Positions 40,023 through 49,063 of a DNA stretch of 64,000 nt are shown piece after piece. The DNA is from a plasmid. Position numbers and translations under genes: made by a program. Location of the stretch: sequence record NZ_CP081674.1, one strand, 5' to 3'. Position 1 is the stretch's first letter. Each line of letters opens with the position of its first letter. The notes under the pieces are model-generated. The model was not told the origin of the DNA. It saw only the letters and a program-made list of their open reading frames with translations, and ran no database searches.

Positions 40023-40331
40023 CTAGAAGTCGATCGTCTGCTGATACTGGCGCACCTGCTGCTCAGTTGGGAGCTGCGGAAGAATTCCCTCCACATGATT
40101 GGCGGCCATCTCCTGCCGGAGTGCCAACTGCGAGCGCAGGTAGGCCAACGTGTTGAGTCGCACGATACGGTTGGCGAGCTCATCGTCGGTCAAGTCCAGA
40201 GCCGGGGCTTCCAGCTGAACAGCGAGGGTGTTCCCGGAGCGGCCCACACGCACAATCACCGATTCGTCTCGGCTGGCCGCCTCAAAAGACTCCACTCGGG
40301 TGGTTGCATCAAGCACTGCGCATAACCTCAA
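40023..40331 (-). CDS. Small ESX-associated protein, 102 aa, possibly EspH/EspL/EspD-family.
   Basis: About 100 aa, coupled to the upstream WXG100-like gene by a 4-nt overlap. Confidence 0.35.
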   Translation of the reverse strand: MRLCAVLDATTRVESFEAASRDESVIVRVGRSGNTLAVQLEAPALDLTDDELANRIVRLNTLAYLRSQLALRQEMAANHVEGILPQLPTEQQVRQYQQTIDF

Positions 40332-40636
40332 TCAGTGCGGATGGTCAGATTGCTGACGTTCTCGGCGGTCATGTTGTCGAATGCGGTAGCCGCATTGCGC
40401 AGCGCCGACGCCAGCTCGCGGTTCTTGTTCTCCTCGGTTTGCAGCGCCTGCTCCCGCTTATTGATCGCTTCCACAGCGGCACGCCGTGATTCGTGGAATA
40501 GCGGGCCCCAGCTTTCGGTTTCGGTGACCGCACGCGAATGCTCGGCGCGGGCATCCGCGCACTGTTGGGCTACTTTGTCGTAGTAGATCGCGGCCTGTCG
40601 CAAATCGTCCGCAGAAAACTGCAGGTTCACACTCAT
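40328..40636 (-). CDS. WXG100-like small secreted protein, 102 aa.
   Basis: About 100 aa, helical, with a WxG turn (ETESWGPLF). Confidence 0.45.
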   Translation of the reverse strand: MSVNLQFSADDLRQAAIYYDKVAQQCADARAEHSRAVTETESWGPLFHESRRAAVEAINKREQALQTEENKNRELASALRNAATAFDNMTAENVSNLTIRTD

Positions 40637-40670
40637 GAACTTACTCCTGACGGGTGGGGGTTGGATTCAC

Positions 40671-42293
40671 TCACTTTGGTGGGCTGGGTGATGTAGCGGA
40701 CGCGGCGACCACCGGCTGAGCCTGGGCGGTGGCCTGTGGTCGCTCCCAGCCCAGGAACGTCGACCCGAAGTCGATGTCCTCCAGCGGCACCGCTCTACCG
40801 TTGGACCACACCTTGTCGTTGCCCAGCGCCATGATGCGGTGATCAGTGAATTGCCCAACGTCGCCGAGAATCAGCCGGGACTGACTCACCGCGTTCGTGG
40901 TCACCGGGGCGCCGGCCGGGGACAGCGTCAGATTGGCGTCGCGGTAGGCCTGTTCGAACGGAGTGCCGCCCACCACCGCCCGGCTGGCTTGGGCTACCGC
41001 TGCAGTTTCTGCGGTCACCGGATTCTCAAAGCCGGGCACCTTGACGCTGAGATCGTCGGGTGCGGGTTGGCTCGTGCCAGCCGGAGTGACCTGCCCGCTC
41101 TGGGCCTCCGGCGCGTTCGGGTTCGTCGCTGCCTGTGGCCCAGCGGGATTGGGTTGGTTTCCTTCGCCGACCGGCGGGTCCTTCAACTCGCCGTGCTCGT
41201 CCTTGTCGCCCTTCTCATCGCCGGGGGCCTCGGCCTTGTCGCCAACTGGTGGATCGGTGAGCGGATCCGTGGACTCCGCCCCTGCAGCCTTCGCATCGCG
41301 GATAGCCGATCCGATCCCAGATCCGATGTCACCCAACGGAAGTCCGCCACCCATCGCGCCGCCACCACCACCGAACGGCATCATGCCCCCAAGCATGCCC
41401 GGCAGTGATCCCAGCGCACCCATGCCAGGTCCGAGCATCGAACCCAAGCCCGACATCAGCGGATCCGATGCCAGCCCATCCAACAGCGGATCCTGCTCCA
41501 GACCGGCAGCTCCTGCGCCCGATTCACCGGCGGCCGGAGCGCCGGCAGGTCCAGCTCCCGACGCGGGCTGGCCGGTGCCGCTGCCAGTTTGGTTTTCCCC
41601 GCTGGGCTTATCGCTTGACAGCGCCTCGTAGCGAGCAGCCAATCCGTCCAGGACCGCGCCGTGAGACGCCGAATCCAGACCCTTGGACTTCAAGACGCCG
41701 TTGATCTCATCGGTCTTTCCCTGCAGGAAGCTCGCCAGCTGCTCCTGGCCAGCCGGCGTATCCAGTGTCGGACCGAGCTTTTGGACTTGATCGATGATCG
41801 ACTTCTGCAGCTCGCCGAGTTTGGCCTTGCCTTCGGCGCTGGAGTCCTGCGCCTTCAGCAGTGCGTCGATGAGTTTCTCATCGGCCTCGTTGAGAGCTGT
41901 CCGGTTCTTGGCCAGCGCCTCGTCGAGACGTTTGGCGACCTCGGCCGCGGCACCGGTGAGCTCAGGGTTGCTGGCCGGGCCGGCCTGAGGAGTGGTCTCC
42001 GCCGGCGGGGTGATCGGCGGCTTGCCCGACGGTGCCGGTTGGTCCCCGCCAGGTGGCGGGGCATCAGCACCGGTTTTCAGCGGTGGCTGCCCCATCCCCT
42101 CCAACGCCTTGTTGATCACCGTGATCGACGACGTATCGGGGTCAATCCCCATGTATTTCAACTGCGCTCGCTGCTCGGGGGTCAGTTCAGTGGCCAGCGG
42201 CATGTCGAACCGCGGCGACTGGGGGGCTGCGCCAAGTACCTGGGAGATGCTCCCCACGAGATCACCGACGATGAGATCAGGCCAAGCGGTCAT
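40671..42293 (-). CDS. Gly/Pro/Ala-rich putative ESX substrate, about 540 aa. The start is assigned to the internal ATG, MTAWPDLIVGDL.
   Basis: Helical N-terminal region, a long low-complexity segment rich in G, P and M (GMLGGMMPFGGGGGAMGGG), and a C-terminal domain. The first 124 codons of the longer ORF are Arg-rich with poor codon signal. Confidence 0.4.
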   Translation of the reverse strand: MTAWPDLIVGDLVGSISQVLGAAPQSPRFDMPLATELTPEQRAQLKYMGIDPDTSSITVINKALEGMGQPPLKTGADAPPPGGDQPAPSGKPPITPPAETTPQAGPASNPELTGAAAEVAKRLDEALAKNRTALNEADEKLIDALLKAQDSSAEGKAKLGELQKSIIDQVQKLGPTLDTPAGQEQLASFLQGKTDEINGVLKSKGLDSASHGAVLDGLAARYEALSSDKPSGENQTGSGTGQPASGAGPAGAPAAGESGAGAAGLEQDPLLDGLASDPLMSGLGSMLGPGMGALGSLPGMLGGMMPFGGGGGAMGGGLPLGDIGSGIGSAIRDAKAAGAESTDPLTDPPVGDKAEAPGDEKGDKDEHGELKDPPVGEGNQPNPAGPQAATNPNAPEAQSGQVTPAGTSQPAPDDLSVKVPGFENPVTAETAAVAQASRAVVGGTPFEQAYRDANLTLSPAGAPVTTNAVSQSRLILGDVGQFTDHRIMALGNDKVWSNGRAVPLEDIDFGSTFLGWERPQATAQAQPVVAASATSPSPPK

Positions 42294-42403
42294 AGGCGGG
42301 ACGATATGGCGTGGCCACTGCCGATTTCCAACAGTAGCTCCACATTCGCCGCAAAATTGGCCGCTGGACGGCCCACTGGCGTTGTGCGCGGCGCATCGTC
42401 GAG

Positions 42404-42706
42404 CTACCAGGCAGTCTGTGCGGCCTCGGCGTCGATGGCGTCGATCGCGGCGGTGATGATGTCCCAGAGCGGACTGTTCGTACGCACGTAGTACACGCGG
42501 CGGGAATCTTCCGGATGCTCGATATCGAGCATCCCCAACTGCACCAACCGATTCAGCTCTTGGGTCACATTGCTCGACGACGCATGCTCGATGTCGCGCG
42601 GCTCGGACTGGAAGAACCGGCCCTTGGGATGGCGCAATACCCACGCCGCGACCGCGAGTCGGCACTTGCGGCCGAACAGCAGTTCGCTGACGTGTGTCGT
42701 ATCCAC
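42404..42706 (-). CDS. ArsR/winged-helix-like transcriptional regulator, 100 aa.
   Basis: HTH-like segment SSNVTQELNRLVQLGMLDIEH. It diverges from the RHH gene across a palindromic operator. Confidence 0.45.
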   Translation of the reverse strand: MDTTHVSELLFGRKCRLAVAAWVLRHPKGRFFQSEPRDIEHASSSNVTQELNRLVQLGMLDIEHPEDSRRVYYVRTNSPLWDIITAAIDAIDAEAAQTAW

Positions 42707-42711
42707 GGCTT

Positions 42712-42757
42712 CCAGTATCTACCCTCTACTATCTAGAATCTAGGTAGTAGATACTGG
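42712..42757. promoter_or_regulatory. Putative operator between divergent regulator genes, built from nested inverted repeats.
   Basis: A perfect 11-bp inverted repeat, CCAGTATCTAC ... GTAGATACTGG, encloses an inner near-palindrome, CTACTATCTAGAATCTAGGTAGTAG. The half-site TATCTA(C/G) recurs several times. Confidence 0.5.
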
Positions 42758-42979
42758 ATGTTCGGGAACGGAGCGAGGATGACCACGGCCACCCCAGCCC
42801 CACAGCGGCGGTCGCGTGCCGGCTCAGAGACCCGGCAACGCGCAGCCAAGATCGACGTGCGGTTTGACGACGACGAACGCGCCCTCATCGACCGGGCTGC
42901 GGCCGCTTCTGGCCTCAAACCATCCACCTACCTGCGCATTTCGGCCCTAGAACGGGCCGCGGCCACACTCGCCAGCTAG
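42758..42979 (+). CDS. Ribbon-helix-helix protein, MobC-like or antitoxin-like, 73 aa.
   Basis: C-terminal DDDERALIDRAAAASGLKPSTYLRISALERAAA is RHH/MobC-like. It lies immediately after the operator. Confidence 0.45.
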   Translation: MFGNGARMTTATPAPQRRSRAGSETRQRAAKIDVRFDDDERALIDRAAAASGLKPSTYLRISALERAAATLAS

Positions 42980-43022
42980 CGCCACCGCACGTTCGCGCTA
43001 GCTGGATGCGCGGTCGGACCGC

Positions 43023-43586
43023 GTGTCGGTGCGGTCAGACCGCGCATCTGCGTGTCACCATGCCAGCATGAGCGAGTCACACGACGCGGACGTTGACGAT
43101 AACGATCCGATTGCGACATCCCGGCGTGTCACTGGCTTTTCCAGAAAACCTGCGGGCAAGATCAGCCGCATGGCTGGATCAAATCGGGGGCGGCCGTCCC
43201 TTGGCGAACGCGCCACTGTGACCGCCACCTTGCCCATGACTGTTCGCAAAGCAGCCGAAACCGCTGCCCACGACCACCACATCGACCTATCGCCGTACTT
43301 GGCCGATCTCGTCTGCTTTCACTACGGCCACCCTGAACTGATGCGGCACCTGTCTCAGGCCATTCTGTCCGACAGCCCAAGTCGCATCAGCGATCTCACC
43401 GTGGACACCTTCGGCCGCCATGTGACGATCCGGCTCCCCCTGCCGGTGGCCGAGCTCGTCGAATTCGAGGCCAGCGACCGCGCCGTCGAACGCTCAACCC
43501 TGCTCGCCGACATCGTCTGTCTGCGAATGGGTTTCCCCGGATTGATCCGCGCTCTCGACAAGGAGGTTATGCCACTGGCGATCTGA
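43023..43586 (+). CDS. Hypothetical protein, 187 aa. It may start at the internal MSESHD. Possibly a two-repeat RHH-like DNA-binding protein.
   Basis: ORF with two similar halves, ...DLSPYLADLVCFHYGHPELMRHL and ...RSTLLADIVCLRMGFPGLIRAL. Confidence 0.35.
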   Translation: MSVRSDRASACHHASMSESHDADVDDNDPIATSRRVTGFSRKPAGKISRMAGSNRGRPSLGERATVTATLPMTVRKAAETAAHDHHIDLSPYLADLVCFHYGHPELMRHLSQAILSDSPSRISDLTVDTFGRHVTIRLPLPVAELVEFEASDRAVERSTLLADIVCLRMGFPGLIRALDKEVMPLAI

Positions 43587-43799
43587 CGCCCGGCGCGCAC
43601 TGCCCGACAAATATGAGTCTTGGTGGACGACGGTGGTGTGCCTACAACTTCATAGCGCGGATCTAACCCCATAACGACGAAAACCCCCGGAAAAACCCGA
43701 GGGTTTTGTCTGAACCGAGTTGGCGCTCGGTTCGGGGTGCATCCGCACCTACATCCCCGAAGGGACTGTCCTTGTCCGACAGGTCTCACGGTAGCGCAT

Positions 43800-43882
43800 T
43801 GCCGTCCTTCGGTCTACTGCGCACGCACCGTGTTCAACACTTTTCAACACGGGGTGTCGACGTTTTCGACGTCGCTGCTTCC
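43800..43882. promoter_or_regulatory. AT-rich region upstream of the rep-like gene containing repeats.
   Basis: The near-palindrome GTGTTCAACAC is followed by TTTTCAACAC, and then by GTCGACGTTTTCGACGTC. A hairpin, GAACCGAG-ttggcg-CTCGGTTC, lies at 43712-43733. Confidence 0.3.
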
Positions 43883-45166
43883 GTGTCCGCTGAGGTCGAT
43901 CGCTCCCGGCCGATCTCTCCCCGACCAGCCACTTATCGTGGCTGCAGTCCGACGCGCCGTCGCCGCGGCATCGTCCGGACCACACGCACAGCCGACGTTG
44001 TGCGGATTCGACGGGCACATCGCGCGCTCAAGCGTGCGCTGCCGCCCCCGAGCTCCTTCGTCAACCTGGAGCTGGAGGCCGACGCCTACGCCGGCGTCGC
44101 GTGCTGGAGCGGTGGACATTCCAGATGGGCTCACCTGACCGTCCCCATCGCCTACGAGCTGCGCTATGCCGCCATCCGGCCGCAGATGTGCAACGGTGGG
44201 ATCGACAAGCAGAAGCTGGTATTGGTGGCCGCGGCCATGGCGCGGTTCGCCGACTTCGACACAGGCCGCAACTGCCGGCCGAGCAACACTCAACTCGCCT
44301 TGTGCACATGCCTGCCCGTACGCACGATCCAGCGGGCCCGTGAATGTCTGCGGCTCCTCGGCGTGGCCACCGAGGTCCTGCGCGGCCGCCAGCGCACGTA
44401 CACCGAGCGCATGGCGTCCTGGCGGATGGGCGACCGACACCGTGGCTGGGCATCGGTATGGGCGCTCCACGATTTTGCGCTGGTCAACAAGGTTATCCAC
44501 AGCTTGTCATCCCACCTGGAACGGTCTCACCTAAGCACCACAGTCCCTTCTAGTAAGAGAACACTCACTACCCACGGGCGCGCAGAGCGCACCCGGCAGG
44601 CGGGCGCTTCGCGCCGCCGAGCTCCAGACAAGGAAGGTCTGCGCCTTGCCACGCTATGGAGAGCATCTCCCGGTGCCCCACGGTGGTGCCAGCGCTACTC
44701 AGCCGACAGTTGGGCCGCGATGCTGGCCGCCCCCGCAGCCGCCGGATGGAACGCCCGAGATCTCACACAGCTGGTGCGGGACTGGCTCGGCTCCGGCCGG
44801 CGCATATCCGACAGGCCAACCCGCCCCATCGCCCTTCTGGGAACGCTGCTTGCATGGCATCTCAGCCATAACACGCTGTTAGACCGACCCGCCGCGCTCG
44901 ATGAAGCACGTGAGGCCGCTGAACTGGCGGCCGCGGCCGCGCGCAAGGCGAATCAAGCAGCCTCACACGCTGCCTTCCTCGCTGACCGTGAGCAGGCCCG
45001 TGCTGCTTTGTCCGGTGAAGGTCGGGCGTGGGCACGCAGGGAAGCCGCGCGGCTGGCACACCAAAGCGCAGCCCGCCGCACGGATGCCGCCCGACGCGAG
45101 GTGGAGCAGCGCACAGCACTACTCGACCAAGCGAAACTTCCGCGTCAGTGCGACCGCCCGTCATGA
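43883..45166 (+). CDS. rep: Plasmid replication-initiator-like protein with an HTH domain. The start is uncertain: GTG at 43883, or ATG at 44186.
   Basis: HTH-like ADFDTGRNCRPSNTQLALCTCLPVRTIQRARECLRLLGV. The C-terminus is an Arg/Ala-rich coiled region. It is adjacent to parAB. Codon GC3 rises near 43880, and the sequence upstream is AT-rich with repeats. Confidence 0.45.
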   Translation: MSAEVDRSRPISPRPATYRGCSPTRRRRGIVRTTRTADVVRIRRAHRALKRALPPPSSFVNLELEADAYAGVACWSGGHSRWAHLTVPIAYELRYAAIRPQMCNGGIDKQKLVLVAAAMARFADFDTGRNCRPSNTQLALCTCLPVRTIQRARECLRLLGVATEVLRGRQRTYTERMASWRMGDRHRGWASVWALHDFALVNKVIHSLSSHLERSHLSTTVPSSKRTLTTHGRAERTRQAGASRRRAPDKEGLRLATLWRASPGAPRWCQRYSADSWAAMLAAPAAAGWNARDLTQLVRDWLGSGRRISDRPTRPIALLGTLLAWHLSHNTLLDRPAALDEAREAAELAAAAARKANQAASHAAFLADREQARAALSGEGRAWARREAARLAHQSAARRTDAARREVEQRTALLDQAKLPRQCDRPS

Positions 45167-45249
45167 GTTTTCTGGAAACGGCCCGGCTCGCGGCCAATTT
45201 CCGGGACAGCGCGCGTACTTCGCCACCCCGCTCCCCCACCACCAACCGT

Positions 45250-45301
45250 CCTCTTCTGAGGTTGGGGGCCACTGGGAGGCGGCCCCCAACCTCAGAAGAG
45301 G
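45250..45301. terminator. Perfect 21-bp inverted repeat with a 10-nt loop, forming a bidirectional intrinsic-terminator-like hairpin between convergent genes.
   Basis: CCTCTTCTGAGGTTGGGGGCC-actgggaggc-GGCCCCCAACCTCAGAAGAGG, read directly. It sits between the rep-like (+) and partition (-) genes. Confidence 0.6.
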
Positions 45302-45322
45302 AGAGCGGGAGAGCAAGCCTCG

Positions 45323-45949
45323 TTACGGCGCGGTGTCCTTCCTGCCGGGCAGAAACGCGTTGAGTACCGGCGCAATCCAGGTTGACCTCGTGTCGAAGCC
45401 CAATTCTGCTCCGATCCGGTCGATGACCTCTTCCTGCTGAGGTGTTGGGCTGAACGCGATCTGCGCACTGCCGCCACCGAGATAGCGCACCGCGGAGGGG
45501 TCCGCTGGGAACAGATCATTCGTTGGAGCGGTGCTGTACCGCGACTCCTTGATGATGTCGGCGAGCTTTCCGTCCTTGTGGTGCTGGCTGATCGCCTCCA
45601 ACACCACGTGCAAGTTGGTCGACTTCGCAGAGTGCCGGTAGTTCTCGAACCGCTTTTTGACTCCAGGACTGACATAGACCGCGCTGGTTGGCTTTGTCCG
45701 GGTACGCGGCCGGCCTGGCTTCCGCGCAGCAGGTTTCGGCTCCGGTGTGGGTTCCGGTACTGCCCTCACCGAGGGCTCGTCCAGGTCCGGCACGCGCGGT
45801 GCTGCCGGTCGATCCGGCACAGGGGTCAACGGAGCAGCAGGCGGATCACCCACGAGGCCGGCCAGACCAGAGCCGCGGCTCTTTGTTGGTTTGGTGATGT
45901 CGCCGAGATTCTCTGCGGGCAGCTGTTGCGGGGTCAAGCTCATGGCCAT
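45323..45949 (-). CDS. parB: Partition protein, ParB/ParG-like centromere-binding adaptor, 208 aa.
   Basis: It lies immediately downstream of parA with a 10-nt overlap. It has a Pro-rich N-terminus and a basic, possibly RHH-like segment, AVYVSPGVKKRFENYRHSAK. Confidence 0.45.
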   Translation of the reverse strand: MAMSLTPQQLPAENLGDITKPTKSRGSGLAGLVGDPPAAPLTPVPDRPAAPRVPDLDEPSVRAVPEPTPEPKPAARKPGRPRTRTKPTSAVYVSPGVKKRFENYRHSAKSTNLHVVLEAISQHHKDGKLADIIKESRYSTAPTNDLFPADPSAVRYLGGGSAQIAFSPTPQQEEVIDRIGAELGFDTRSTWIAPVLNAFLPGRKDTAP

Positions 45950-46920
45950 ACTCCTTCTTCGATCATGTCGGCACGGGTCTGCGATCCACGTCTGAGAATC
46001 TCGCCTGTCAGTTCTGCGAAGTCCTCGGCAACTCCGGCAGATGTCTTGCTGACGACGGCATTGGCGTCGGCCTTCCCCTTTCGGATCGCCGACCGCGAGG
46101 GATTGTTCGCGATTTGCAACTCGAGTTCGTGGGCCAACCGACCGAACTTGGGCACGTCTCTGCCAACTGCTTCCGAATGGCGAATGAAGGACTTGAACAT
46201 CACGTCCTCGTTCTGGCCCAGGTCCGCTGCAACATTCTTACCGTGCTCCTCGCGGATCTTCCGCGACGAGCCACCTGACGCAAACACAAAGCAGCCCAGC
46301 AGCATCACGTACGGATTGAGCTCTCGCATCGCCCTCAGATCGCCGGCCAACTCTCGCAGCCCAGTCCTCGACAGGTCATCAGTCTTCATCGGAACAACCA
46401 CGAACCGTGCCGCGCACAGGGCTGCCTGAAGCAGCAACTGGTTCTCCGGCGGCGAGTCAATGAAGATCACCCCGTACTGATGACTGATCTGCTGAAGTGC
46501 CACCGCCAGCGACATCAACACCTGTTTGGCCGCTTGCGGATTCCCCATTTCGGCTGCCAACACCGGTGCGATACGGCGGACATACGGACCACCAGGCACC
46601 ACATCAAGCCCTGGCCGCACATCACGAACCGGACTCAGCGCAGCCCCAGCGGTGATCGCGCTGTACAGGTTCCTGCCTTTGTCGTCGGCCTCCGAATTGG
46701 CGAAGCCCAACATGTTCGCGACGTTGCCCTGACCGTTCAGATCGACCAGGAGAACGCGAGCACCATCAGAGGCGACAAGAGCGGCGCCGTGCGTCGAACA
46801 CGTCGTCTTCCCCACCCCGCCCTTGCCGTTCGCGTACAGATAAACATTGCCGAGCTTGCTCCAATTGACCGCGGGTTCTACCAGCCCAGATTCACCCCAA
46901 GCGGCTACGCTACTAGTCAT
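45940..46920 (-). CDS. parA: ParA-family partition ATPase, 326 aa.
   Basis: Deviant Walker A motif ANGKGGVGKTT, plus LLVDLNGQGN and other ParA-family segments. Confidence 0.8.
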   Translation of the reverse strand: MTSSVAAWGESGLVEPAVNWSKLGNVYLYANGKGGVGKTTCSTHGAALVASDGARVLLVDLNGQGNVANMLGFANSEADDKGRNLYSAITAGAALSPVRDVRPGLDVVPGGPYVRRIAPVLAAEMGNPQAAKQVLMSLAVALQQISHQYGVIFIDSPPENQLLLQAALCAARFVVVPMKTDDLSRTGLRELAGDLRAMRELNPYVMLLGCFVFASGGSSRKIREEHGKNVAADLGQNEDVMFKSFIRHSEAVGRDVPKFGRLAHELELQIANNPSRSAIRKGKADANAVVSKTSAGVAEDFAELTGEILRRGSQTRADMIEEGVWP

Positions 46921-47388
46921 GCGGGCGCCTCACTCTGCGTTGATCGGGAGTCCATTGCGTGCGCCGCACTGCAACCCATCGGGTGCTGTCCGCCACGCGT
47001 TTCCGTGCGGATCAAAGTCTATGGCTCTGGACGCGACGCGCCATTCGACACCACGCCGCGCGCATCGCCCATCAGTAAGTGCTGGGCACGCTATGGCGCA
47101 CCGTTGCGGCAGGCATTGCGGAGGCCACAGCAAACAGCACTCGGTCCCGGGCATCGTTCGTGACCCCGCTCGCGATAGCGACTGGCGTCCGGCCCGGAGC
47201 TGTGGTCCGGACGCCGCATCGAGCACCTGTCTGCGCCTGTCTTCCGGTGTCGTAACGGGTGTGGCGCACCGCCAATTGTGCGATCGGTGCACACGCGCGA
47301 TGTCTCGCACTCTGCCTAATGCGTCCAATAACTGCATGTCAGATGCTGCGCCGTGCACGTTCCCGCATCTCCTCCGGTATGGGCCGCA

Positions 47389-47419
47389 ATACCTGACCGG
47401 ATACCTGCCTCAATACCTG
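47389..47419. promoter_or_regulatory. Three direct ATACCTG repeats spaced 12 bp apart (iteron-like), within a ~1.4-kb region of poor coding potential.
   Basis: The repeats start at 47389, 47401 and 47413. The region 46921-48373 shows low GC3 in every ORF and contains a 9-bp inverted repeat, GGCGTCCGG ... CCGGACGCC, at 47184-47215. Confidence 0.35.
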
Positions 47420-48373
47420 GAAGGAAACCATGCTCTCAATTGTGCGCGGTATTGATCGCGATGCTTCCTGTGTGGCACTGGTTGCCACTCTGCCGCAACC
47501 GGTGCACCTTGTTGTCGCGGTTGACAGCAACCATGTACGCGCCACCGTGGCGCACGCAGTGGCTCGATTCGTTGCGCACGAAACCTGGTCGAAAATTCGT
47601 TTCATCGTTGGGCGTGTCGCGCGTTGCGTTGTCTGCACCGAGCCGTGCAGCGGCGTTATGACGCCGACCTCGGTCGATACACGTGTCTCAACGCCGTGCG
47701 TCGCAACACACGAAATGCATTGCACGGCATCACCACTTATGACGCCTTCTGCACGCCGACATATGCGCATACCGATCAATCGCTCGGCTCTGCCTAGAAC
47801 ACGTCCGCATGTGACCAGTGCAATCCACAACCATGCATCGAAACCCGTTGTTCGACATACGTCCAGCACTGTCAACAGTGGTATCTGGCTCACAGCGCCG
47901 AAGCGCACTAGATCGGACACGGGTGAATCAACTGCGCCCGCAACGCGATACAAGACGGGCGCCGAAGCTGTGTACACGACACGGCGCCAAACTGCGTAAT
48001 CGACCCAGTTGTCAATCCGTGCCCGTGCCGGTGCATTCACCCCAGCCAACGTGGGGAGTGCACCGGGCCATCCATATCCGCTGGCCAGCGATCGCTCTCA
48101 CTTGCTGCCGCCCTGACCTGGGCATTTGCAGGCGAACCAGCAGCGAAACCACCAAGCGACACACGTTCCTACCCCCTAGCTGCCCGTCTGGCTGAAGAAC
48201 CCCGTCCATAGGCGGCATCTATCCGGGGAGGTCAAGTTCGGGGCTCAGGAGGCAGCGCAGCGGCTTCTCCCAGGTCGCAGACAGCGTCTCACCGCAAACG
48301 CGCGCTATGGCCCAGCAGCGGGCGGTCGGCCGGAGCATTCAAGAGTGAGGGCGGACGGCTTCCCAAATCTGAG

Positions 48374-49063
48374 TTCGGTGGAGTTGGGGTGGGTGTTGGA
48401 GGTTGGTGGTGGTGTTCGTTCATACTGCGGGGCATGTCACTTGATGCGCTTGTGGCCGAGGCCGGTCAGGTGCTCGGTGACGCGCGCAAGATGTTTGGGC
48501 CTGCGCCGGCGGCCGGCGGATGGTCGAGCACACCGGCGCTGAGCGCTGGTAAGGACAGTTTGGCCCAGGCCGGGGGAGTGCTGGCGGGGTGGGGCGGAGC
48601 GAGCGCGACGACGCATCTGTCGGCCAGCGGCGGTCGTGTGGTGGCTCTGGACAATGTGATCGGCGCTGATCGAGGAACTGCGCCGGGTTTCACGGGGGCG
48701 GCCCAGACCTCTCAGTCTGGTGGTGGCGGGATGGACGACGTCAACGCCGACACGCGTAGGGGAGTGGCTGCGATTGCTCCGAGCACCGACACCCCGGCCG
48801 GTAAGACGCAGCTGGTCAATCATCTGCAGTCCCAGCTCGACCGTGCCAAAGCGTTGCTCAAGGTTTCCGAGTCGCGCAACGTGATGCTGGCCAATGCGAT
48901 TCGCAGCGCTGCAGGAGGCTATGGCGGCGGTATGCCGATGGGTGGCGGTATGGGTGGCCCGATGGGCGGCGGGATGCCCATGGGTGGCGGGGGAATGGGC
49001 GGTGGTGGACTACCCGGCCTCGGCGGCGCCGGCCTGATCCCCAACCTCTCCGCCTTCACCCGC
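48374..49063. repeat. Copy 1 of a 690-bp direct repeat, apparently identical to 52435-53124.
   Basis: The lines and the encoded 225 aa are identical in both copies. The offset is 4061 bp. Confidence 0.8.

Noticed and set aside
43692..43707. Palindrome AAAACCC-ga-GGGTTTT as a terminator.
   Set aside because: The stem is only 7 bp with a 2-nt loop, which is too tight. It is mentioned only as part of the rep-upstream repeat region.
47339..48049. ORFs at 47339-48049 (-) and 47430-47999 (+) as genes.
   Set aside because: Both show mixed third-position composition and no recognisable motifs. The interval looks like non-coding control DNA. Not excluded, just unsupported.
48437..48823. Identical 128-aa minus-strand ORFs at 48437-48823 and 52498-52884.
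   Set aside because: They are antisense to the duplicated hydrolase module. Their identity merely reflects the 690-bp repeat, and their composition is Arg-rich.
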